A stretch of DNA of 64,000 nucleotides from Phoronis australis (lineage: Eukaryota > Animalia > Phoronida), in the NCBI GenBank assembly GCA_002633005.1, contig NMRA01000145.1:86789-150788 (forward strand). Direction: 5' to 3'. The notes beneath the pieces were generated by a model that saw only the letters and a list, made by a program, of their open reading frames with translations, did no database searches and was not told where the DNA came from. Positions 51,101 to 63,100 of the stretch are shown here, one piece after another. A program made the translations under genes and the position numbers. Each line of letters starts with the position of its first letter. Position 1 is the first letter of the stretch.

Positions 51101-54100
51101 AGAACAAAGTAATGCAGTTTTTACTTATATCTATAAAGTGCATTCAAAATTCACCCCTAGTAACTAGATATAAAATGTCAAAAGTTGCCCAATAATAGCC
51201 TGCCAGAGAAAAACCAAATTACCTCAGAAAGCATTTTCCCCGAGCGTGCATCCAATTTCAATAATTTGTTGGCAGACGTCGTGACCACCAACTGCTGCAC
51301 GTTGGGGGCGGAGTAAAACACACCAGTCGCCGTGTCAATCACAGGATTTCGCGTTGATTCATTGGTATACATGGTGCTGATGTCAATTCTCATCAGCTGA
51401 AAAAAAAACAGTGAGAATAAGTTCAAGTCCATTTTGAAATTGACAGCATAAACACAGTGAAGGTTCTTAGATTACGAACATGGACACGAGTGCAGTAACT
51501 AACCTCATCAAGTGTTTTGGCGTTGCACACCGAGACTGTGAACTCTGACGGACCAACAAATGCGACATGCTGTCCGTGTGGACTCACGGCGATGGCATTT
51601 GGTGCGTATTGCTCTCCACGCGCGACGACGTTTGTAAGTAGACGCACAACGGAGTACACCCCAGTGCTGCACTCATAGAGGGCCAGAGAACCCAGTGAAC
51701 AGCAGCTGTAGAGTTGTTGGCCAGACACCGAGTAGGCCACGCCTGTGACCGAGCCCACATGTTGCCTACCAATGAACACACAGACACACAGAGTGAATGA
51801 CAGAAAAACAACAGGTTGTGTTTGCCACTGAGGAATACATTTATTTAGTTTTTGACAGCGGTGGTGGTAATGAAATTTAACAAGGCCACTCATTGAAATC
51901 TAAAAAACTCTGCTTGCACTCAAAATATATAACCAGTCGAGGTTCTCAAGATGATTGGGAGGCCAGAAAATGAAGTACAGAAATGTCAAATTTTGATTAT
52001 TACTTACAAACCAGTAAGGCTTGCAAATCATTCCCTTGTTCCAAAGTGATTGAGTGCTATACAAACAGAACAGAACAATATCAAAGGGAACATATCACAC
52101 TAACCAATTTTATTCCACATAGTCATACCTCTAAAACAAAATATTCTTCGTACCTAGCAATGACTATGCAATCACCGAAACTCAAAATGAAATCAACACA
52201 GCTGACACCAACAATGTCAATGAAAGACTCCACTTACTTGTGTTCTGTTATTAGACTCGTGGTATTGATGTCGAAGGCGCGGACACAGCCGTTCTCAAAG
52301 CCGCAGGCCAACACCTGTTTTTTTGGGTGGTACACTATAGATGTGGCCCGTTCCTCCGCACACGTAAAGTCAAACAGCTGTAACAGAGCTCCGCCATACA
52401 ATAGCCTTAGCTTGACCAAAGAGATTGTTACATGAGCTGATTCTTTGGATAAACGTGGCCAACAATGGGAGACTAGATATTCACCAATCGGAACTGAAGA
52501 AGGGGTTGCCCCGATTTTATTATCACAACTGAGGGAGAACAGAAAGCTATTCACCAAGAAAGAGGCGTTTGCTGAATGAGGGCCCAATGTGATTACCTGA
52601 ACGTATTATCATATATACAGGTAGAACCGTTATTTCATAGGAGCCACATGATGAATTGCCAGCTCCTCATTGTAGTGTTCTACCTACTACACAATACAGG
52701 AGAGTTCATCTACAGCAAAACATATTCACTAGTGTTGCCGATGGTAGTTTTTCAAATGCATTGTTGGTGGCTGTCAGCACATACACAGCCGTGGACATTA
52801 CAGATAACAATATTTTAATTTGAGTAGCGTTCCACAGACCTAAGAATTTAGCTAGTAAAGCTAAAGGGATCACATGTAACGCATGGCCATGTCTCATGAA
52901 CTCGTGCGTAAATTTCTTGGTTATTCAGAACGCACACCTGGCATTTTAGGCGGTGACACTTAACATCAGCATCACTAGATTGCATGTGCCTTGAAAATAT
53001 TTTGCGCAAAAGATTTGCTAAAAGTCTATATATTCATCTAATGCATTTGTGGTAAGTAGCTCACGTCAATTTTTGTTCTTATACGATTGTTGTTTAGTCA
53101 TACTTGCGACAAAAATCATATTGCAGTGGATCCGTGTTTTAAATGATGATGAGCTCAAGTGACAAGTGTCGCTTTCCGTCATATTTTTTACATGTCACCA
53201 AATTTTCTGTGATATGTCGGCAGATGTTCACGAGCCAACATATCAGTCTCATAATGCATTATAAAAAGGACAGTAACACCGTAGACGAAATACCACAAAT
53301 AGTCCAGCAGATTGTGTGACGAATCAGCAAACAATAAATCTGTTTTGACCAATACTTTGTAGCTTGAGTAACCTTTATTTGTTTTTTCACTGGTGTGCAA
53401 AAGCCAAGCAATCTGAGTTGCTTTTTAGTCAACAACTTTCATATTTTTGTCCCGAACAAGACGTTGGACTAACATACTGTCAACTTGTGTTGTCCACTTT
53501 TGCTTTGAATTAAAAACATGAGCATGGTGACTTGACGTCGACCCACACATGTGGAGTGCCCAAACATGAGCATGGTGACTTGACATCGACCCACACATGT
53601 GGAGTGGCCAAACAAGTGCATGCATGTGACACAGAAGTTTCGAAAAAAGACTTAAAATACGAGTTATGTTGCCAGAGGTAAACGCGTTCATAAACCACCC
53701 ATTTTCACTTATTTACTCTTTGATAAGAGACAGAATTTGTTTAACATACAGCAGTGATCACAATTAATAATTTTCAGTTATATTTGCTCAAGCTCTTTGG
53801 ATCTTAGACGGCCGTTTGCAACGTAATAACATAGCAGACAACCAAGAGACATAACAAACTGAGTTCAAATGAAAACAGAAAACTGGAGAGCAACACTCCA
53901 TCTTTCAGTCATGTTTCAGTGGCCAGTATGATCTTGCCACAATCCTCAGGCTCACCTGTTGTAGTGTTGTCATGTCCCATAGTCTGATAGTGTGGTCGTC
54001 CGAGATGGTGGCAATGTGTTGGCTCTTAGGGTCCAGTGCCATCCCTGTGATACGCTTGGTGTGTGACCGCATAACAGTTGTGTATTTCCTTGTGGTTACG

Positions 54101-57100
54101 TCCAACATACCCAGGTTACCCTGGAATATAGCACAGTTCTAGTTTGCAAAGGTTCTGACCAAGCTTAAATGTATTTTTTAGCAGTGTCAGCAAATGGTAA
54201 TTTTTCACCTATTTAGCGCAAACAGTCTGGCAATAGAATATTGCTTTCTAAAACACAATTGGCAATTTTTGTTTTTGTGTGAAACAAATGAAAATTTATC
54301 GTACCCAAGACCAACGTTTTTAGTTTAATTGACTCCTTTCAGTATTCCCTGAAGTTCAGAGCAGTAGCTCACCATTAATGTACCAGCAAGGATTTTCATT
54401 CCATCCCGACTCAAGTTGACAGTTGTAACTGGACCTTCGTGCTCTGCAAGAGACAGGCTGAACTTCGGATTTCAAATACAAGTAACAAGTTAAACGTAAA
54501 TATCAAATACACCAAATAATTTGATAACGACGGAAACTGTTCACAATATACTGACATGAGACGAAACACGACTGCATAAACCTTCAACAGTCAAACAAAA
54601 TTTCCATCCATTTAAGGTCATGTTTTCATTTAAAATGCATTAACTGCAACGAACAAGTATTTTTCATGTCGGTCAATTAAAACTTTAAAGCAAAGTTTCC
54701 TCTTTCAGGCTAAAATAATGCTACACATTATGAGAAAACCTCAGCTAAAAGTCTTCAAGTAGAAAAGAAAGATATATTTCAATGAGGACAGTGTAAAATG
54801 ACACGTGGTCACCTTGAGGACTCGTAGAAACTTTTTTCACAGGATTTTAGAACGCAAGCATGTTGTTTCATTTTGGAATGAATTACAAACATGGTGTTCA
54901 GATGTAGTAGGCACTAGACTTTTCTAAGTTTGAAAAAATGAATGTTCACTTATTTGCATACTTTGGCAATTATTTTCAAGAAATTAATCACATGTTAACC
55001 TAAGCACAATACTTTTTACGTCTTTCAAGGCCACCTGTAGCAATGCACTTATGAGATTTGAAAAATAAAAACCATGAAAGTTTTGAGACATCCAGTTGAG
55101 GTAAAAAATACAGAAAAACTGGAATTTGCTTACTTGAGTCAGTAACATTGGGTCCGTCTCTCACAGACTTCAGCTTGCCTAGCGGTGTTATTATCGTTCT
55201 GGCCAACAGGTGGCGTTTTAACCAGACGATGTGGCATCGCTAACTCAAGCAAGCAAATTCCAGTATTTGACTTAAGTTTTTCTGTATTTAGATTAAAAAT
55301 GTAATTGATGTTGTCAAGATATGGAAAAATGTGAAAGTAAGAGAACCAACACCTGACATGGCTTTTTGAAACCTTTAAAAATTCACAGTAAATTTTAGTC
55401 AATCACAGCTGGGAAGTGTGAATGTGAAATTCAATATCTCCTCCTCCTCATTTGTTTTATGAATTTTTATTACTTTGCTAAAATAAATTATTTAAAAAAT
55501 CTCCAGGTATGGAACAGAAAAATATAACATTACCCACCAGCTTCCAAGTAGACATGGGAGAAATCTAGAGGCCACAGACGGAGATAGCCGTCATCAGATC
55601 CTGTCACACAAAACGTCTCATTGACAGCCATAGAGTTTATGGCCACACCGGGACCTGAACACAATACAGAAGACTAACGTTAAACAAGGAAAGGCATTAT
55701 CATGCCATAACATGCAACCACGAAAATGATAATCAAAACAGTTTCAAAAGCAAAACTGAGACCTTATTATGTAAATCATGCAAAAGGTGATAGTAAAACT
55801 TGATCATAATAAACACTGACAACAAAGCAGATATACCAAATAGAACCGTTTACCTTTCTGAAAAACAGCAAATAAAAACCTCCCCCTAAGCACTTACAGA
55901 ACCATACAGCATTCGAATGCAACTTTGCCTGTATAACAATAGAAACATTGTTTACAAATTATCATAAACTCTGAATAAAACATGAACAGGTTCCCAACAT
56001 CATTTGAGATAAATATCAGCCATACTACACTTCTGGGGAAATCCTTTCCAGAGTTCATTTCAAACAAAAGACCCGGCCATTTGTAGGACGTACCTGAACT
56101 GAACGTCTGCTTATCTCTCCTGGAGTCTCCCATGGACTTTGCGTTGGGTATCAGTCGTCTTACGTTCTCAATGACAACCTTCCCGAAATTCACTTCGAAC
56201 ATATGACCTGATCTGCTGCTGACGTACCTGAAAGAAAGAAATCTGAATAAAGAATTAAGAATACGAGTGAAAGTTCCTAGCGACAGCCTTTGCAACATCT
56301 CTTTCAGCGGGAATACCCCACAACGATTTACAATCAACTAAATTATCACCAATGGCTACTTACAGGGATGCAAGATTTTGAGAACCAGTTATTTAATTGG
56401 TTCTCAAAATGCTGCATTCCTGTAAGTGACTATTACATAAATTATCTGTAATTTGTAAGGTGATATGCTGGGGAGTTCAAGAAATAGACGATTTGATCTA
56501 AAGCTGTATTAGCAATCAGGAAGTGCAATGTCGAATACTTACGCCAGTTTATCATATGGGTCCCTGGAGTGAGGTAGGTTGGCCTCAAAGCAGCAGTCGG
56601 TGAACTCCATGGAGCGATATTCGCCCAGGTTGATGGGGGCGGAGCGCAGCTGTCCGTCACGCAAGCGCCAGACGCGGATATTGTCACGGCCACACGAGAT
56701 CATTCTGTCACGTGTTAAGAAAGATTTTTTAGTTTGCATCGCATCAATCAGTGCTAAACAAAGTAACGTATTCTATAATACTATGGGTAAAGGTCGGATA
56801 TTACGTGCCCGAATTTTGAGAACCAGTTTTCTCCACTGAATATCGGGCATCAAACTGGTTCTCAAAATATGGGCACGTTATATCAGACTATTGTCATACT
56901 ATGAACACAAAACTATGAGGACGCTTTTTGAGAAGCAATTTAATTTTTTGTATTTGCACCTCACTTATAAAGAACGTATTTAAGCCAGAGTGGTATGCGC
57001 TTTGCTTTACTATATACGCAATGAATGTAACAATTTCTCAAAGAACAATTTACATCTAACTACCAACTGAGCAACCAAAATCATAGCCCAGAATTCGAAT

Positions 57101-60100
57101 TCTATGCAGAATTGTATTTATACTGTCACGTAGCTAACACTACTTGAATGCTACATCAACGAAGACAGGCTCAATCCACATTTTTTTAAATGCAGTGTTT
57201 TGTTTGGGATAGCCCAATGGGCACGCCATGACTGGAGATGAGTAGTTATTAGTGTTATTCTAAGCATTTGGACAAATGTGAGTGACAACCAAAACAGATA
57301 TACACCTCAATGTAACACCGACTACACTCCGTACCTGGTCTCATCATAGTCATAGATTCTCAGACGTTCAATGTCAACATCGGTGTGTGCCTTGGCTGTC
57401 ACCATAACGTCACCCCCTCTGGTGACACGCTGAGTGTTCCAAACGACCACCATCTTAAAGTAATCCAGCATCAATGGTGGAGTTGCAAACAGGCACAACC
57501 ATAAAGTATCTTTCCCAAAAAAGGTTGATGAAATGTCTTTAGTCAAAAATCAACTAAGTATATTTCACATTAGAAGATTACAGCGCTTATTTGCACATGA
57601 TTTTGTGTTAGTTTTTGTCTAATTTCATTCTATTATTTGCCACAGCTTTGACAAAGAAAGAGGAATTTCAAAGAAATCCGTCAATATTTTTCAAACCAAC
57701 TGTACACGATTAAGTACACATGCATGCAACTACAAGTTTTAACAAAACTTGTAATGAATTTACAACTTAGTTGTTCTCCAGCTCCACTTACGTACATAGT
57801 CTACACCACTATCTATGCCAGTCGTGTCAACAAGTATATAAGAGATTCTACAAGTGCCATAACACAAAAAGACACAGTGGGCTGGTATTTTAGCTTTGCA
57901 ACAGCAGTTCAAGTTGTAATACCAAACAATTGGTAGCAAGTTAATGAGACCAGCTTCTGGTCATACGGAACACTGGGAAGAACATGAGGCATTTGTTGCT
58001 CTACGAAAGTGGGCGAAATACAGACAATGCAACCAACCATCAGACAAACGTTTGTGACTTAATTTACTTGTAACGTAATATGTAAAATGAGGCTGACTTC
58101 TCCAAGTGAAACTCTGCTTTACAAGAGGGATGTCATCATGTTTGCATGTAAAAATAAAACCACACGGCAGTTTGTCATAAGAATTACCCAAGCCGGTCTT
58201 TTCTATTATTCAGATGTGAAGTTGTGAAGTTGAACTTCAAAGATTTCTCTTGGCTCAAGAGTGGCAATTCTTACCAATAACAGTCAGCCCATGTGAACAA
58301 GTAAGTAACGAACTAAACCTTACCGTTTTTCCATGACCGTCTTTTCCCACTCCACACAATGACCCGCCCGAATGAGAGAAACTGAAATGAAAGGAAACTC
58401 ATTGAAACTAGTCTATCTATTGAGCTCTAGAAAAATCAATTACAGTCCTAAAAGTAAATTTTCCAGCACTGTGCAAAGCCTTGACACCCAGGTCTCCTTT
58501 TGTGTTAAGTGAAAACCTTCATTGGCTGGTTGCATTTTAAGAAAAATAAGGTACCATGAATATGAATGGGAAAAGTATAAACCGTAAGTTATTACAGTAT
58601 GAAATGTGCTGTGCATCTAGTAAACTGGCTCAACAGCTTTGCTAGAAAAAAACCACGATTCGCTTAATTTACAAAATAACTCTTACGTGTGAAAAAATAA
58701 ACATTAAGTCTGGTTCTATGTCTGACTACTGTCCCTCACAAAGCCACACACAAATATGTTTTTTAATATTTCTTTCTTTGTTATACAAGACATTATGATA
58801 GCTATGAGCCAACAACAAATTAATTACAATGGGTAATACATAAATCTAACTTGACTGATGGACAAACATCGGTAACAATATCATCCACACACTACTGAAA
58901 TCTATATATTTGCGTTATTTTTTTAAAAATGCGTATTAATTTTTGAATGTTGAACTATTGTTCTAGAAATACAACACAAACTTTGGTTCCTGTTATTTTG
59001 CTCTGCTGTTATAATTGATAAATCACTATAACCAGTTTATTTTGAGAGGGCAGCATGAATGGTTAATATGATATTTCAGGCTTTAAAATACGACCAGAGG
59101 TTGCCACTCAGTAAAGACAACCCATTACCCAGAACTCACCTCAGACACGTGAGTGAGTGCGTGTGTGCCTTGAACATGGCCAGGCACTCTCCACTGTTGA
59201 ACCTCCACACCCTCACGATGCTCTGTTCGCCAGTTTGACCGGAGGCCAGTACAGATGAGTCAGACTTCAGAGCAAGACAAGATACCTAAACGAAGGATGT
59301 GATCAGACATTAATTGAGCATGCAAGTATCACTGAAGCGAACAACTTAAGTACCACGAGATTGTATTAAATGCAATTACATGCAACATTATCCTTCAAAT
59401 CGTATGCAAATGCTTCATTTGTAAAGTGTACAGGATCTTAATATGCAATCTTAAGTTTCCATTTCCAAAAATTCCTGTTGCATTCCTATCCCTCAGCAGA
59501 AGTGAATGCTTTCAACAGTTGATCCATTGCGTGTGATCCACCATTTCCTAGCAAATGCATCGAACTCCACATATTTGTTGACTGAAATGTTATGGAAATG
59601 TAATGAAAAGGTTGGTGCAAACAGACTGAACAGTGAAAAACTGAGAGGTTGCAGTAATAAAGACAGTGTGGCCTAGTAGGTTGATAGTCTGACTCCTCTT
59701 CACAAGGTCGTGGGTTCGAATCCTATTGGACCCCACAGCTAGACCCCTCGAGTCAGGTCTCTAGCTCCTCCTCTCGGTTTTAATATAATGTGCATGTCTA
59801 TATGAGTGTGTTTATTAATAAATGAAAAATGACTTCAGGTGTTTGGTGCAATGGGCTTGGCCAAGCAGCCTGCACATGTCTATTGAAATGTGCATTAGAC
59901 CACCTACACATTTTTTAATTAACTAACCTGTGCTACATAATTCGACAAGTTCTACAAAATAAACACATAATCAAACCTTCTCTGTATGACCCACGAAAAA
60001 TCTTTGATGGCCCTTCTGTGTCTCCATGGCAACAACGACAGCATGGCATGGGTAGACGATGGTACAGCCAGTGTGGTCCCACAGGGCCTACAGACAATGA

Positions 60101-63100
60101 CTACACACATTAACAACACTCACTCCATTCAGATAATTATTACACTTTGCTTTTGGCAAAGGCATGCTTGATAATAAATATAAATAGATGACGCAAAGAC
60201 AAATAGAAAAAATATCATGGTTCAGTTTTACGAACGGTTGCATACCCAGTAGTAGACCTGTCTACCATGGGAAACTGCTTTTGAGGTTCAGTTCTCATGT
60301 GTGTGAAGTACAGTAGGTACTTGTCCAGTGTTTCACTATTTAAACAACTTTGCAAACATTTTAAGTGTGGTCTGCACACCACCTGCAGGCTACATCACAT
60401 GACCTAATGAAAATATTTCTGCCCCAACCGGGACTCCAACCCGGGACCTTCTGCTAACCGTGCAGGCACTCTAGTCCACTGAGCCGTCAGGACCACTGGT
60501 CGAACATAGAAATCCAAAACGACTTAGCAGTGGGCATCCCGCTCATAAACTGGTTAGCATATATGAACATGTAAATCTTGAATCAAGCTGGAAATATAGA
60601 TCACATTTTTAGACTTATGTTCATTAGGTGACGTGATGAAGCCAACAGGTGGCGCGCAGACCAAGTTTAAAAATGCTGATGCCTGAATGTTTCCAGAAAA
60701 GGTAGTCATTTTTTACAGTATTACAGAGTATTACTTAATGCGTTTATTTGAATTATATTGCTATGCCAGCACATGTTGGTTGATGTTGTAAACATCTCAC
60801 AATGGAATTCCTGTCAGATGTTCAGAACACAACCGTGCTAAAAATACCTAGATTCCAAGGATGAGTAGTTTTCTAATGTGCAGCTTCAGTGTTGAACTTA
60901 GAAAAAAAATGTTACAAATGAATTAAGGCCTGCCTAATCCACGTAGACAAATTTGACGGACAATTTTTACCTCCCTATAGGTGGCGCCTCCAAAGCCAGT
61001 GATTCTTTTCAATCGTAAGATTGGATCAGGCTGCAAACTCTGCAAATAAAAACATTCAATGAGAAAAGTTTTTGAGTCATTAAACTAAAAATAAGTTTTT
61101 CATAATTTCAGTACACATACAGGCAAACATGAACTTAGGCAGACTTTGCAGAGATGACAGAACATCTTGAGTTGATGTCATTAGTTCTAAAACAACACAA
61201 AAAACAAGACCACAATACAACAATTGTAAAATCAACACAACACTCAAACAGAGAAAGATGTGTAGTAAAAGGCAAACTGGAAAATGTAATAATGCAAACA
61301 ATAACATATATATTAACAATAGCAAATGGTTTTAACAGAAAAGCTTATATTTAATTTGCACTTTTCTTTTCTAATAAAGTCTTCATTTTCATACACAAAA
61401 ATGTATATATATATATGTATTATTTCCATGTAAATATGATTATAAGTGGGAACACCTGTGTCAGTAAAGGGTGATCAACCAAGGCTACGTTTGAAATTGG
61501 GTGCACCAACGACAACAGAGGCAAACATGCCATGGTGGGTCCATCTACACAAATATAAGGGTGCCGTCATGATGGGTTAACTTACATTTATATACATGAT
61601 GCCATTAGGTAGGGTATATCCTATTTATATAAGTGAACCCATCATGATGGGTCCACATACATCTATATAGGTGGACCCATCTCGGCGGATCCACTGATAT
61701 TTAAATAAGCAGATCTGTCATGATAGGTCCATTTATATTTATATAGGTGGCTCCATCAGGGTGGGTTCTTCATGTATTTACATAAAAGAACCCGTTATGA
61801 TGGGTTTATTTCTATTTATATAGCTGGACCCATCAGGGTGGGTGCATGTATATTTATTTAAGTGGAGCCGTCATGATGGGTTCATCTATAATTACATAGG
61901 CGACCCTGTTGTCTTTGGTGTAAACAGTTTCAAACAAAGCCTTGGTTGATCATCCATTACTGACAGAGGTGTTCCCACTTATAATCATATTTTACAAAGA
62001 AACTCATATATTTACATATTTTTGTGCATGAAAAGCAAAATTTTAACAGGTAAGAAAAGTTTAAGTTAAAAAAGAAGCAGTTACAGACAAATGTGAAAAT
62101 TACAGTACTCACTTTCGTGTATTTAGGACCTGGTTTGAACTTTTCAATATCAACAGAAGGTGTAAGGCCAAGTTTTACTCTATGTGTTGAAATCTGAAAG
62201 GATAGAAATATTCCTTCAAATTAACATCATAAGGATTGGTTGTGGTGTGTTCAACCAAAAACTCCAGAATTACTTTCTAAATAGGCCATAAAAGAGCCAT
62301 CTGTCAAGCTAGTATTAGACATGAGATTTCTTCAGTGAATGTTTCCAAGGCCTGGGAAATGTTTGCATTGCTACCAAACAAACACCTTAAAAACAATAAA
62401 AATGGAACAGTAACAGTTACGAAGCAATTGTTGAAAGAAATGAGTTATTCTAAATTAGGCATTCGCAAAATCCAAAAAATCCAAAGTGCAGCTATTTTTA
62501 CTGATTCTATGCATACCGAACTGCAATCACCCCATAGATAATTTGAAAATGTACATTAAGAATAACAAAGACGCAAAAATGAACTTTCTCTTTTAATATG
62601 ATGTTCATCATGTAAACAACCACTTCATATGGACTTACTCCCCAGTACTATGACAGAACTGACTTGACATAGTTGATGATTAGCATCAAAAATTCAAAAA
62701 ATTTTCGCCAAAAACATATTTTAAAAACCTCCAGCAAACTACATGCCATTTTGTATTCATCTTCACAAAACAAGTTGCTTTAGCTTCAAAACTACAAACA
62801 AGTGGTCAGCATGTAAATACAAAATTGAAATGGGCAGACTGGATGGTAAAAGTCATTTACAGGGGTTACCACATTTTGAGAACCAATTTTCTGAACTGAA
62901 CAACAGGCATCAACAGCACTCGATTTGGCAACGTGCAGGTTGCCACTGCAACATCAGATTGAGTTTCGTGACCTGCGAGTATCAAAGTCAGACAATAATT
63001 CCCTCTAAACGCATTTCAAAGTTCGTGTTGACTTCCAAATTAATTTTCACTAACAGTTTTCTTAGTTTCATTACCTTTGATGCCATTTACATCATGAAAT

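Noticed and set aside
59660-59735. Functional tRNA genes at 59660, ~35950 and 60420
   Set aside because: Acceptor stems are broken or imperfect, and the sequences lie within SINE or MITE structures.
61525-61900. CRISPR-like spaced palindromes
   Set aside because: Spacers are mutually similar, repeats are degenerate, the context is a eukaryotic intron and there are no cas genes; it is a minisatellite inside a MITE.
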